From assembly GCA_965368175.1 (NCBI GenBank), contig CBDULX010000003.1, positions 1 to 42,369 on the forward strand: a stretch of DNA of 42,369 nucleotides, read 5' to 3'. The notes beneath the pieces are model-generated. The model was not told the DNA's origin and did not search any database. It saw only the letters and a program-made list of their open reading frames with translations. Positions within the stretch are counted from its first letter, which is position 1. Each line of letters begins with the position of its first letter. Of this stretch, positions 1 to 10,772 are shown piece after piece. The position numbers and the translations under genes are program-made. The stretch comes from an uncultured Gammaproteobacteria bacterium (GTDB taxonomy: Bacteria; Pseudomonadota; Gammaproteobacteria; SZUA-229).

Positions 1-304
1 AGCGGAACACCTCGGGGCGCTTGTCGGCCCAGGCCTTCGCCAGCTCGCCCGAGCGGTGGGGCGAGCCGTCGTTGACGAAGATCACCTCAAGATGCTTCAA
101 TCCGCCACGCTGGCGCAGCACGCTATGGACGAAATCATCCAGATACTCCTCGACCTTGTAGATCGCCACGACCATCGAGAAGGTCTGCGGCGAAGCGGAG
201 CGTAGCTGCAGCCAACCGATCAGGTCGCGATCCTTGATGTATCGCCGGGTGGACCAGACTTTCGTGAGGGCCTGGATGATCGTCTTGCGAATGTCGCGGA
301 GCAT
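1..304 (-). CDS. Glycosyltransferase family 2 protein, N-terminal part (runs off the left edge)
   Basis: Not in the ORF track; my translation from ATG at 304: MLRDIRKTIIQALTKVWSTRRYIKDRDLIGWLQLRSASPQTFSMVVAIYKVEEYLDDFVHSVLRQRGGLKHLEVIFVNDGSPHRSGELAKAWADKRPEVFR. Contains the GT2 N-terminal signature (S-V-V-x-x-Y-x-V-E-x-Y-L ... EVIFVNDGS). Confidence 0.85.
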   Translation of the reverse strand, partial: MLRDIRKTIIQALTKVWSTRRYIKDRDLIGWLQLRSASPQTFSMVVAIYKVEEYLDDFVHSVLRQRGGLKHLEVIFVNDGSPHRSGELAKAWADKRPEVFR

Positions 305-395
305 GCTGCCCACCTATGGTCAGAGGTCGATTGCCGTGGCTGGAACGATGCTGAAAGGCTTGGCGGTTGAACGTGGGCGGTGCGCCGCCCGTCGC

Positions 396-1262
396 TCAGC
401 GGGTCTGGCGCGACATCTGCACGGCCAGGATGCCGCCGGCAATGATGATGACACCCAGGATGTCGGCCCAGCCAAGCCGTTCGCCCAACAGGGCGGCGGC
501 AATCGCCACGCCGAAGAACGGGTTGAGAAAGTGGAACGTGGCCGCCTTGACCGCGCCGATGCGCCCGACCAGCACGAACCAGACCCATGTGGCCAGAACG
601 CCGGGGACAAGCGTCGTGTAGGCAAAGGCGCCCAGAAGGCGCGGGGTCCAGTTCACGGCGAACTCCTCGAACATGAGCGAGGCGACGGCAAGGATCGCCG
701 CGCCGACGAACATCTGGAGCCCGACGATCATCATGACATTCCCGCCCGAAGAGGCCCCGCGCACCGTCAGCGTGGCCGCCGTCAGCGCAAGCGCCGCGAT
801 GAAACACAGCGCAAGGCCCACGATATCGACCCCGCCCGACAGACGCGCGCCCATGATCACGGCAACGCCGATCACCCCCGCGAACAGGCCGGTCAGGCCG
901 AGCGGGCGCAGCCTTTCGTTGAACAGCAGCCAGCCGAAGAAGGCCACCATCAGTGGCATGGTCGATGCGATGATCGAGGCAAGCGACGCCTCGATCCATT
1001 GCATCGCGACGAAGTTGAGTCCGAGGTAAATGGCGTTCTGGCACAGCCCGAACACGAACGTCGCGCGCCACTGTGCGCGGGTCAGCCGGCAGGTCTGCCC
1101 AAGCGCCAGGGCGATGCCGACGCCGATCATGCCGGAAATGAGGAACCGGATGGCCAATGACGCCAACGGTGGCGCGTCGGCGACGATCATGCGCGCCGAC
1201 GTGAACGCGGAAGACCACATCAGGGCAAAGGCGAGGCCCATGCCGATTGCGCGCAAGTCCAT
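396..1262 (-). CDS. DMT/EamA family transporter
   Basis: 288 aa, about 10 hydrophobic segments, two EamA repeats (WSSAF, LAIRFLISG, FHFLNPFFGVAIAAALLGE); GC-rich codon usage. Confidence 0.9.
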   Translation of the reverse strand: MDLRAIGMGLAFALMWSSAFTSARMIVADAPPLASLAIRFLISGMIGVGIALALGQTCRLTRAQWRATFVFGLCQNAIYLGLNFVAMQWIEASLASIIASTMPLMVAFFGWLLFNERLRPLGLTGLFAGVIGVAVIMGARLSGGVDIVGLALCFIAALALTAATLTVRGASSGGNVMMIVGLQMFVGAAILAVASLMFEEFAVNWTPRLLGAFAYTTLVPGVLATWVWFVLVGRIGAVKAATFHFLNPFFGVAIAAALLGERLGWADILGVIIIAGGILAVQMSRQTR

Positions 1263-1266
1263 GTTG

Positions 1267-1395
1267 CTCGATGGTCAGGTACAGATATTAAAAGGCCTGG
1301 AGTCCGGTGCACGCATTATGGTGTACAGCAAGCAGGAACTGAGCAGTCGTAGTCGCATCAGCATTGTCGATCATCTGGTGGACGCTGCACCATGA
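1267..1395 (+). CDS. C-terminal fragment of an efflux periplasmic adaptor (membrane fusion protein); 5' part missing at the junction
   Basis: LDGQVQILKGLESGARIMVYSKQELSSRSRISIVDHLVDAAP* resembles MFP C-termini (V-x-I-L-x-G-L-x-x-G-x-x-V-V); stop overlaps the permease start (ATGA). Confidence 0.7.
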   Translation, partial: LDGQVQILKGLESGARIMVYSKQELSSRSRISIVDHLVDAAP

Positions 1396-2576
1396 TCAGT
1401 CTTGCGGGCCGCGACGTTATCCATGCCTGGGGCAAGTTCGTCTTCACTGGCATGGGGCTGGGTTTACTCATCGGCGTCACCCTGACCATGGCCGGTGTTT
1501 ACCGTGGCATGGTGGATGATGCCAAAGTGCTATTGAATAACAGTGGCGCCGATCTGTGGGTGGTGCAGAAAGACACCCTCGGCCCCTATGCTGAATCCTC
1601 CAGCCTGTATGATGATGTGTATCGCAGTATCCTTAGTATGCCGGGGGTGGCCCAGGCCGCCAATGTCACCTACCTCACCATGCAGGTTCGCCAGGGCACC
1701 CGTGATGTCCGGGCCATGGTGGTTGGTATCGTCCCCGGTGGTCCGGGTGCTCCCAGCTATCTGGTAGCCGGCCGACAAATTACCCGCAGTCATTATGAAG
1801 CAGTGGCCGATGTGGCCACCGGTTTCAAACTGGGACAGGTCATACACATACGCCGCAGTAATTACACCATTATTGGTCTGACCCGCCGTATGGTGTCTTC
1901 CGGTGGCGATCCTATGATATTTATTCCACTCAGAGATGCACAGGAAGCCCAGTTCCTGAAAGACAACGATGCCATTATCAGCCAGCGTAACCGCACCTCG
2001 AACAACCCGGCTTTCAACCAGCCCGATGTACTGAATGCGGTAATTGATACCCAGAGCAGTAATCCCTATGTCAATGCCGTGCTTGTGCAGATCAAGTCCG
2101 ACTACAGTCCAGAACAGGTAGCCGAACCCATTCGTCGCTGGAAACGTCTGCAGGTTTATACCCGCGCTCAAATGGAAGAAATCCTGGTGGCCAAGCTGAT
2201 TGCTACCTCATCGAAACAGATCGGCATGTTTCTGGTGATTCTTGCCATCGTGAGTGCGGCCATAGTCGCCTTCATTATCTACACCCTGACCATGGGTAAA
2301 ATTCGGGAAATCGCCGTACTAAAACTCATCGGCACCCGTAATCGCACTATCGCCAGCATGATCATGCAACAGGCGGTGGGGCTGGGCATCATTGGCTTTT
2401 TTGTGGGTAAAATATCGGCCACCTTCTGGGCCCCCCTGTTCCCCAAATATGTATTGCTGGAACCCGGGGATGCCCTGCGAGGATTTCTAGCCGTGGTGAT
2501 TATTTGCATTCTGGCCAGTGTGCTGGCAATTCGAGCGGCCCTCAAGGTGGATCCCGCCGAAGCGATTGGTGGTTAA
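1392..2576 (+). CDS. ABC transporter permease (MacB/FtsX type)
   Basis: N-terminal TM helix, large periplasmic loop (ADLWV), C-terminal FtsX domain (REIAVLKLIG, ALKVDPAEAI). Confidence 0.9.
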   Translation: MISLAGRDVIHAWGKFVFTGMGLGLLIGVTLTMAGVYRGMVDDAKVLLNNSGADLWVVQKDTLGPYAESSSLYDDVYRSILSMPGVAQAANVTYLTMQVRQGTRDVRAMVVGIVPGGPGAPSYLVAGRQITRSHYEAVADVATGFKLGQVIHIRRSNYTIIGLTRRMVSSGGDPMIFIPLRDAQEAQFLKDNDAIISQRNRTSNNPAFNQPDVLNAVIDTQSSNPYVNAVLVQIKSDYSPEQVAEPIRRWKRLQVYTRAQMEEILVAKLIATSSKQIGMFLVILAIVSAAIVAFIIYTLTMGKIREIAVLKLIGTRNRTIASMIMQQAVGLGIIGFFVGKISATFWAPLFPKYVLLEPGDALRGFLAVVIICILASVLAIRAALKVDPAEAIGG

Positions 2577-2577
2577 T

Positions 2578-3288
2578 ATGAACGATAGAGGTATTCACAT
2601 TGAAGGAATGCGCAAACGTTATGGCGAAGGTGATACCGCGGTAGAAGCGCTGAAAGACGTCAACATGAAAGTGCTGCCCGGTGAAGTGGTCGGATTAATC
2701 GGCCCCTCGGGTTCCGGCAAGAGCACCTTGCTCAAATGCCTGGGGGCGGTGATTGAACCCACTGCAGGCCGCATGACACTTGGTAAGGATATTATTTATC
2801 AGGATCGCTGGCGGATAAAAGATTTACGCGCCTTACGTCGTGACAAGATTGGGTTCGTGTTTCAGGCGCCTTATCTCATCCCGTTTCTGGATGTCACCGA
2901 CAATGTTGCCCTGCTGCCTATGCTGGCTGGACACAAGAACGGTGAATCTCGTCAGCGAGCTGTTGAATTACTGGAGGCGCTGGACGTGGCCCACCGTGCC
3001 AAAGCCATGCCTTCCCAGCTATCCGGTGGTGAACAGCAACGAGTGGCCATTGCCCGCGCCCTGGTGAATCAGCCACCGGTGATTCTGGCCGATGAACCCA
3101 CCGCCCCCCTGGACAGTGAACGTGCCATGGCGGTGATACGCATCCTGAACAAAATGGCCCAGCAGTACCAGACCGCTATTATCGTGGTCACCCATGATGA
3201 AAAAATAATCCCGACCTTCAAACGTATTTATCATATTCGAGACGGTCGTACCCACGAAGAAGCCGGTGAAGGTCGGCCATTTGATTAA
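2578..3288 (+). CDS. ABC transporter ATP-binding protein (MacB/LolD-like)
   Basis: Walker [36 protein letters not shown]; ATG at 2578 directly after the permease stop. Confidence 0.93.
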   Translation: MNDRGIHIEGMRKRYGEGDTAVEALKDVNMKVLPGEVVGLIGPSGSGKSTLLKCLGAVIEPTAGRMTLGKDIIYQDRWRIKDLRALRRDKIGFVFQAPYLIPFLDVTDNVALLPMLAGHKNGESRQRAVELLEALDVAHRAKAMPSQLSGGEQQRVAIARALVNQPPVILADEPTAPLDSERAMAVIRILNKMAQQYQTAIIVVTHDEKIIPTFKRIYHIRDGRTHEEAGEGRPFD

Positions 3289-3315
3289 ACATATTTACAC
3301 AGGAGCAAGAGCACC

Positions 3316-3807
3316 ATGACATTACATCACAGAATATTCACTGTAATTATCAGCAGCTGTATATCTTTGGCATTTACTAGCCCAATACAGGCAGAAACCG
3401 GAGTTATCGATCACCATAATCACGATACACATGCTGCCTCAGGACTCAGTCTCGACCAGGGTAAAAAATGGCAAACCGATGCACCACTCCGCAAGGGCAT
3501 GCAAAGCATCAATGATGCGGTTAAAAAAGCCGTGCCTGCATTTCATCATGATGTGCTGACCAGTAAAGAGGCTGAACAACTGGCTAAACAGGTTAATGAT
3601 CAGGTGACCTATCTGGTGACCAATTGCAAACTGGAGCCCCAGGCGGATGCTGTTTTGCATGTGCTGATCGGAGAATTATTAAGCAGCGCCGAAAAGCTGT
3701 CTAAAGACCCCTTATCAAACCGGGGCATGCCAGGCCTGGTAAAAGTACTACAACTATACCCAGTCTACTTTGATCATCAGGGATGGAAGGGCGTTACTGA
3801 CGAGTGA
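3316..3807 (+). CDS. Exported His-rich helical protein, DnrO-like
   Basis: Signal peptide, HHNHDTH tract, motifs KWQTDAPLRKGM, CKLEPQADAVLH, YFDHQGW; AGGAG RBS. Confidence 0.65.
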   Translation: MTLHHRIFTVIISSCISLAFTSPIQAETGVIDHHNHDTHAASGLSLDQGKKWQTDAPLRKGMQSINDAVKKAVPAFHHDVLTSKEAEQLAKQVNDQVTYLVTNCKLEPQADAVLHVLIGELLSSAEKLSKDPLSNRGMPGLVKVLQLYPVYFDHQGWKGVTDE

Positions 3808-3882
3808 TTGTATGCAAAACTTACGCTGATCAAAACTATAAATGATTGTGTTAGCTATCAACCACAAACGATTAACTATTTT

Positions 3883-4068
3883 TTATTTAGCTTCATTTCT
3901 GGTTTTACCGCAGCGCAGGCATTTATAAACCGTGACCAGTTTTCCCCGTTTGCTGTCGAACACCTGGTCCTTGTCGATTTGCCATTTGTGAAAACCACGC
4001 AGACACAAAGTGTTGCCTTTGTGCTTTTCGGAGGGTTTCTTTTTTTTGAAGGGAAGTATTTCGGCCAT
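3883..4068 (-). CDS. Small basic hypothetical protein with probable Zn ribbon
   Basis: 61 aa; C-x3-H-x-W and C-x2-C-G-K motifs. Confidence 0.65.
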   Translation of the reverse strand: MAEILPFKKKKPSEKHKGNTLCLRGFHKWQIDKDQVFDSKRGKLVTVYKCLRCGKTRNEAK

Positions 4069-4077
4069 TGGAAAAAT

Positions 4078-4258
4078 AGTTATAAGTTATAAGTTTCAAG
4101 TTAAGAGCGTAAGCCCTTGAGAAGATGGACAATCCCACGAAAACGGAAATCCAGTATCTCATTAAGGCACTGGACTCCTGGGCCTAACTACAGCTCACAC
4201 GGAATGACGGCAAGTTAAGTGTTTTTAACTTGCAACTTACAACTTAAAACTTTCAACT
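4078..4258. repeat. Inverted heptamer (AGTTNNA) arrays enclosing a degenerate REP-like palindrome
   Basis: Left agttata-agttata-agtttca-agttaag (4078-4105); right tttaact-tgcaact-tacaact-taaaact-ttcaact (4224-4258); inner aatcccacgaaaacggaaatccagt...actggactcc...ggaatgacgg. Confidence 0.7.
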
Positions 4259-5551
4259 CTTTATCCTGTATTCCGCCGAGCGGGCATGAGCCATCAAGCC
4301 CTCACCCCGAGCCAGCACCGACGCGGTTTTCCCGAGCACGGAAGCGCCTTCGGCTGAGCAGTTGATCAGGCTGGAGCGTTTCTGAAAATCATACACGCCC
4401 AGGGGCGAAGAGAATCTTGCCGTGCGCGAGGTTGGTAATACATGATTGGGACCGGCACAGTAATCACCCAGGGCTTCGGCGGTGTAGCGACCCATGAAGA
4501 TAGCGCCGGCATGGCGAACTTTTTTCAACCATAGATCAGGATCATCCATAGACAATTCCAGATGCTCGGGGGCGATGTAGTTAGCCACTTCTATGGCCTG
4601 ATCCATATTCTCAGCAGTAATCAGCACACCACGGTCTTTCATAGACGCTCGGATAATTTCATTCCGAGGCATTTCCTCAATCAGCTTGTCGATGCTGGCT
4701 TTTACCTGCGCCACATAAGCCGCATCCGGGCACACCAGAATTGACTGTGCATCTTCATCATGCTCGGCCTGGGAAAACAGATCCATAGCAATCCAGTCGG
4801 GGTCGGTTTTGCCATCACAGATAACACAGATTTCCGAAGGGCCGGCAATCATGTCTATGCCGACAGCACCGAACACCATGCGTTTGGCAGTGGCCACATA
4901 AATATTACCGGGGCCGACAATTTTATCCACCTGGGGTATGGTTTCAGTGCCATAGGCCAATGCGGCCACGGCCTGAGCACCACCGATGGCAAACACACGA
5001 TCAACGCCGGCAATGGCTGCGGCACTCAACACCAGATCATTCACTTCACCGTCCGGGGTCGGCACTACCATGATCAGTTCCGGCACGCCGGCCACTTTGG
5101 CCGGAATAGCATTCATCAGTACTGAAGATGGATAGGCAGCCTTGCCACCGGGCACATAAAGCCCCACCCTGTCCATCGCGGTTACCTGCTGGCCCAGCAC
5201 CGTGCCATCGGCTTCGGTGTAAGTCCAGGACTCCATAGTCTGATGTTCGGCATAGGCACGAACCCGTTCCGCTGCAATCTCCAGCGCCTGACGCTGATCT
5301 TCCGGGATGGCTTTAAGTGCTGCCTTCAGGCGTTCCGGTGCAATTTCCAGTTCACTAAAGTCTTTAACATTGAGTCGATCAAACTTGTTGGTGTATTCAA
5401 CCACCGCAGCATCACCTTTCTGCCGCACATTCTTGATCACCTCATTCACCACATTAAAGACCTGATCGTTAGATACCGAGTCCCAGGCCAGCAAAGCATC
5501 GAGTTGTGACCAGAAATCTACGTCCTGAGTGTTGAGCTGCCTTATATTCAT
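4253..5551 (-). CDS. hisD: Histidinol dehydrogenase
   Basis: [48 protein letters not shown] motifs. Confidence 0.97.
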   Translation of the reverse strand: MNIRQLNTQDVDFWSQLDALLAWDSVSNDQVFNVVNEVIKNVRQKGDAAVVEYTNKFDRLNVKDFSELEIAPERLKAALKAIPEDQRQALEIAAERVRAYAEHQTMESWTYTEADGTVLGQQVTAMDRVGLYVPGGKAAYPSSVLMNAIPAKVAGVPELIMVVPTPDGEVNDLVLSAAAIAGVDRVFAIGGAQAVAALAYGTETIPQVDKIVGPGNIYVATAKRMVFGAVGIDMIAGPSEICVICDGKTDPDWIAMDLFSQAEHDEDAQSILVCPDAAYVAQVKASIDKLIEEMPRNEIIRASMKDRGVLITAENMDQAIEVANYIAPEHLELSMDDPDLWLKKVRHAGAIFMGRYTAEALGDYCAGPNHVLPTSRTARFSSPLGVYDFQKRSSLINCSAEGASVLGKTASVLARGEGLMAHARSAEYRIKS

Positions 5552-6180
5552 GACTTAACCGCCTTACGCATTTGTTCAACCATGGTCTGAATACGATCAT
5601 GCTTCATTTTCAATGAAGCCTTGTTCACCACCAGACGCGAACTGACATCGGCAATGTGATCGATCGGTTTCAGACCATTGGCTTTGAGAGTATTACCAGT
5701 ATCCACCACATCCACAATCAAATCCGACAGACCTACTATCGGTCCCAGCTCCATTGAGCCATATAACTTGATCACTTCGACCTGCTGCCCCTGTTCGGCA
5801 AAATAGCGGCGCGCCACATTGACAAACTTGGTGGCCACCCGGAGGCGTCCGCCATGGTGCTTAAAATTATTCATGCCCGCAGTCATCAGTTTGCAGCGGG
5901 CGATATTCAGGTCCACCAGCTCATAAAGGCCTTCACCGCCATGCTCCATCAGCACGTCCTTACCCGCCACACCAAGATCAGCTGCGCCGTACTGCACATA
6001 AGTAGGCACATCGGTGGCGCGAATAATCACCAGCTTAACGTCATCCTGGTTAGTGTCCAGGATCAACTTACGGCTTTTTTCCGGATCGTCTTTCGGAGAA
6101 ATACCTGCCGCGTCCAGTAACGGCAGGGTCTCTTTGAATATACGCCCTTTGGACAGGGCGATGGTTATAGTGTTATTCAT
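5548..6180 (-). CDS. hisG: ATP phosphoribosyltransferase, short form (needs HisZ)
   Basis: [41 protein letters not shown]; 210 aa. Confidence 0.96.
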   Translation of the reverse strand: MNNTITIALSKGRIFKETLPLLDAAGISPKDDPEKSRKLILDTNQDDVKLVIIRATDVPTYVQYGAADLGVAGKDVLMEHGGEGLYELVDLNIARCKLMTAGMNNFKHHGGRLRVATKFVNVARRYFAEQGQQVEVIKLYGSMELGPIVGLSDLIVDVVDTGNTLKANGLKPIDHIADVSSRLVVNKASLKMKHDRIQTMVEQMRKAVKS

Positions 6181-6204
6181 TGCACTCTATATTCTATGTT
6201 GTAC

Positions 6205-7494
<1,290 letters not shown>

Positions 7495-7732
7495 CTATGC
7501 CCGACCACTGAATTGATGGGTAATAGCGACATACCATGCCCGGGCAAAAACCCGCCATAGTTCGGTGACGTTATGATACTTGATTTACCACCCTCATTGC
7601 TGGACCTTTTTCATCCAATCCAGAAAAAATGCCCTTAATGGGGGTGTGAGCAGCTGATTTTGACCGGAAAATCTGAAAAATAAAGAATCAGCCAGCAACG
7701 CCAGTTGCCCTGCTAGCTGACACTATTATGTA

Positions 7733-8350
7733 TTACGAGGTAGTCTTCTCTTCGTATTTGCTCTGTAATTTTTTAATCAGTCCATCCATACCCACATTGC
7801 GGATGTCCGATGCAAAACTGTTTCGATAATTGGTGACCAGGCTGATGCCGTCAATCTTGATATCATAAACTTTCCAGATTTCATCCTTAATGCGCAAACG
7901 GTAATCAATAGGAATAAGGGGTCCGGTATCCTGCTTGATCTGGGTCTGCACTACCACAGTACGCTTATCTTCTTCGGGTGGCTGGTAGGGCAAATACACT
8001 ATAACCTGATTGGTGTATTCGGACAGCGATCGACCGTAGGTTCTCACCAGCAGAATTTTAAAGGCCTCCACAAAAGCTTCCTGCTGCTTCTCATTGGCAT
8101 CCCTCCAGTGCTTGCCCAGAGCCAGTTTGCTCATGGCACGAAAATCCATATGTGGAAGAATGATGTCATTCACCAGTTCAAATACTTTGTCCGGGTCCTT
8201 GTCGTATACAGATTTGTTCTTTTTCAGGGTGTTCAATACCTGATCAGAGGTCTGCTTGATCAACTGATCCGGCGTCAGTGCCTCTGCCTGGGTCACACTC
8301 AATACAGACAGCAGCAACATTAGCAGTATATTGTTATAAGTTTTTTTCAC
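7733..8350 (-). CDS. mlaC: Phospholipid-binding periplasmic protein MlaC (Ttg2D family)
   Basis: Signal peptide; DFRAMSKLALGKHWR, WKVYDIKIDGISLVTNYRNSF; GTG start overlapping the mlaD end. Confidence 0.9.
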   Translation of the reverse strand: MKKTYNNILLMLLLSVLSVTQAEALTPDQLIKQTSDQVLNTLKKNKSVYDKDPDKVFELVNDIILPHMDFRAMSKLALGKHWRDANEKQQEAFVEAFKILLVRTYGRSLSEYTNQVIVYLPYQPPEEDKRTVVVQTQIKQDTGPLIPIDYRLRIKDEIWKVYDIKIDGISLVTNYRNSFASDIRNVGMDGLIKKLQSKYEEKTTS

Positions 8351-8807
8351 CTGTTAAATCCTCCTGACCCCTGGAATAAAGTAGCTGACCAATCACCTGC
8401 TCGAAAACCAGTGCAGGCTGGGTTAATTTGATCAGTTCACCGGATTGAAGATATGCCTCTTCTGCGCCGGGATCAAGTCCAATGTAATGTTCTTCCAGCA
8501 ATCCGGAGGTTAAAACACTGGCGCTAGTGTCTACGGGGAGCTGATGAGCATGCTCGATTAACATCGACACCACTGCGGTATAGTCATCATTGTTGTAATC
8601 GATATCGGTGACCTTTCCCACAACCGCACCATCAACCATAATACTTGAGTTAACTTTCAGGCCACCGATATTCTCAAATTCAGCTTTCACCAGATAACCA
8701 TTACTGGCCAGGCCACCCAGGCTGGGCACCAGCATATAAACGACTATTAGAACCAGTGAGACCAGCAAGCCCTTCATAATATTAATTGTACAATTATTCA
8801 TTTTCAT
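8334..8807 (-). CDS. mlaD: MCE-domain protein MlaD (divergent)
   Basis: TM anchor, FENIGGLKV, GAVVGKV, TSGLLEEHYIGLDPG, LTQPALVFEQVIGQLL. Confidence 0.85.
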   Translation of the reverse strand: MKMNNCTINIMKGLLVSLVLIVVYMLVPSLGGLASNGYLVKAEFENIGGLKVNSSIMVDGAVVGKVTDIDYNNDDYTAVVSMLIEHAHQLPVDTSASVLTSGLLEEHYIGLDPGAEEAYLQSGELIKLTQPALVFEQVIGQLLYSRGQEDLTGEKNL

Positions 8808-8929
8808 CCGTCATTATTTGTCAGCGATTAACATTATCAGATGTTCCATATTTGATCATAACCAGCTGCATGAAGATTGCTGTTAACAGGAACACAGAAA
8901 ATCAACTTCTCTATTAACAAACAACTAAA

Positions 8930-9139
8930 GGACACCTCTATTAATTATGGATATGCCAGATTGAGATTTAAAATTCGCCAGATCAAGACGCGGATCGCAT
9001 CTAATAGCAAGCTATTTGCAAAGATAACGTATAGGACATACTAATGCCACGGGTGCAGGGATGCACAGTAGTGGCTTGTAAAGTAGAGATGGCGAATTTT
9101 AAACTCAAGATGCATATTCATGAATTAATAGAGGTGCTC
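8930..9139. mobile_element. ~210-bp nested palindromic MITE-like element
   Basis: Outer arms cacctctattaatt.atggatatgc / gcatattcatgaattaatagaggtg; second arms ttgagatttaaaattcgcca (8961-8980) / tggcgaattttaaactcaa (9090-9108); inner hairpin gccacgggtgcagggatgcacagtagtggc. Confidence 0.7.
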
Positions 9140-9172
9140 TGAACATTTTGAATAATGAATAAACAAATCAGG

Positions 9173-9766
9173 TCAGAAACCCATTAACTCGACCAGCGTT
9201 TTGAATGCCTGTAATTTTTCAATAGCCAGGTATTTATCACAGAGTAACACGGCAGCCAGATCATCGGATTGCAGGTGAAGATTATCCAGCCACTTTCTTT
9301 GTTGTCGTAAATCGGCATCAGCTAGTTCAATGATGGCTAGAGTCTGTGCCTTACCATTTACGGCTTTCAAAAACTTTACGGGTTCTTCCGTATCCGGTAA
9401 CACATAAATCGGACATGGAAGATCAACAGCCTGATCCGCATCGCAAATCACACCTCCCAGTAGAGAACCAAAACCTGCACAGTGACTGGCGAACACCTGG
9501 GCATCCCCTGATGGTGGATATTCCAGATAAAACCGAAACCGTGGAGACACTTCCTCACACCAGTGCTCTACATCATAATCTTCTGGCCAGCACCGGGCAG
9601 GCACCATCACCGAAGAAAACTCATTGGCGTAAAACCCCAGCCGCCAGTCTTCCGGACAATCTTCCGGATAAAATGAAGGCACCCAGTACTTGTGCTGCCA
9701 GCCACAGGCACCCACTCTCAGTCCATAATCACTATTATCGGCCTGTGCATCAGAATCGTGTATCAT
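9173..9766 (-). CDS. DUF72-like protein (short, divergent C-terminus)
   Basis: N-terminal VGACGWQHKYW..FYPED.PEDWRLGFYANEF matches the DUF72 N-terminus. Confidence 0.7.
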   Translation of the reverse strand: MIHDSDAQADNSDYGLRVGACGWQHKYWVPSFYPEDCPEDWRLGFYANEFSSVMVPARCWPEDYDVEHWCEEVSPRFRFYLEYPPSGDAQVFASHCAGFGSLLGGVICDADQAVDLPCPIYVLPDTEEPVKFLKAVNGKAQTLAIIELADADLRQQRKWLDNLHLQSDDLAAVLLCDKYLAIEKLQAFKTLVELMGF

Positions 9767-9794
9767 TGCCTGCTCTGTTTAGATTGATGACTAC

Positions 9795-10772
9795 GTGGAT
9801 ATGTTAATTGATATTGCCGCCATTTTGGCAGGTTTCGGCTTACTGATGTGGAGCTCCGATTTTTTCGTCACCGGGGCCTCGGCCACCGCCCGTAATCTCG
9901 GTGTTTCGCCATTGATCATAGGCCTCACCATTGTCGGTTTTGGCACCTCTGCCCCGGAAATCATGGTCGCCGCTATTGCTGCCAGCGGTGGCAATCCTGG
10001 CCTGGCTGTGGGTAATGCCATTGGTTCAAACATCACCAATATCGCCCTGGTACTGGGTATTACCGCCATTATAGTTCCGCTTAGTGTGCATTCTTCCCTG
10101 TTGAGACGAGAATATCCGTTGCTGCTACTGGCCACCATACTCGCTTGCCTGTTGCTGGCAATAGACAATCGGCTGGATCGAATAGACGGACTGATAATGG
10201 CCGTAGCTCTACTGGGTATTTTATACTGGCTTGTGAAACACGCCATGGCCAACCGCAACACAGACCCTATTATTGAAGAATTCGAACACGAAATTCCGGA
10301 CCATATGCCCATGCCCAAAGCCCTGGCTCTGCTAGTTGTGGGCCTGCTAATTCTGCTGGCCAGCTCCAAACTGCTGGTGTGGGGAGCAATAAATGTGGCG
10401 TTATCGCTGGGTATCAGCGATCTGATTATCGGCCTGACCATTGTTGCCATTGGCACCAGTCTGCCGGAACTTGGCGCCTCTATTGCAAGCGTCCGCAAGA
10501 ATGAACCGGACATCGCTATGGGCAACCTCATCGGCTCCAATATGTTCAATACCCTGGGGGTGCTGGGCACCACAGGTCTGATTCAGCCCAGCATACTGGA
10601 TACAGGAGTGCTGACCCGAGATTTACCATTAATGTTTATTCTCACCATAATCCTGTTTATTATGGCCTTTGGCTTCCGTAACAAAGGCACCATAACCCGG
10701 TTCAAGGGTAGTATGCTGTTTGCCATATTTATCGGCTATGAGATGCTGTTGTTTTTCAACGCCACTGCATAA
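9795..10772 (+). CDS. yrbG: Calcium/sodium antiporter (CaCA family)
   Basis: Two alpha repeats GTSAPE...GNAIGSNITN and GTSLPE...GNLIGSNMFN; directly upstream of kdsD. Start may be ATG 9801. Confidence 0.92.
   Translation: MDMLIDIAAILAGFGLLMWSSDFFVTGASATARNLGVSPLIIGLTIVGFGTSAPEIMVAAIAASGGNPGLAVGNAIGSNITNIALVLGITAIIVPLSVHSSLLRREYPLLLLATILACLLLAIDNRLDRIDGLIMAVALLGILYWLVKHAMANRNTDPIIEEFEHEIPDHMPMPKALALLVVGLLILLASSKLLVWGAINVALSLGISDLIIGLTIVAIGTSLPELGASIASVRKNEPDIAMGNLIGSNMFNTLGVLGTTGLIQPSILDTGVLTRDLPLMFILTIILFIMAFGFRNKGTITRFKGSMLFAIFIGYEMLLFFNATA

Noticed and set aside
220-1218. Long ORFs 220..1218(-) and 234..1160(+)
   Set aside because: Alternative-frame shadows of the GC-rich DMT gene; Arg/Ala-rich with no motifs.
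1030-1395. 121-aa ORF crossing the junction
   Set aside because: Chimeric: DMT antisense fused to the MFP tail; only 1267-1395 looks like real coding sequence.
4078-4258. CRISPR interpretation of the short repeats
   Set aside because: 7-bp tandem units with no spacers and no cas genes.
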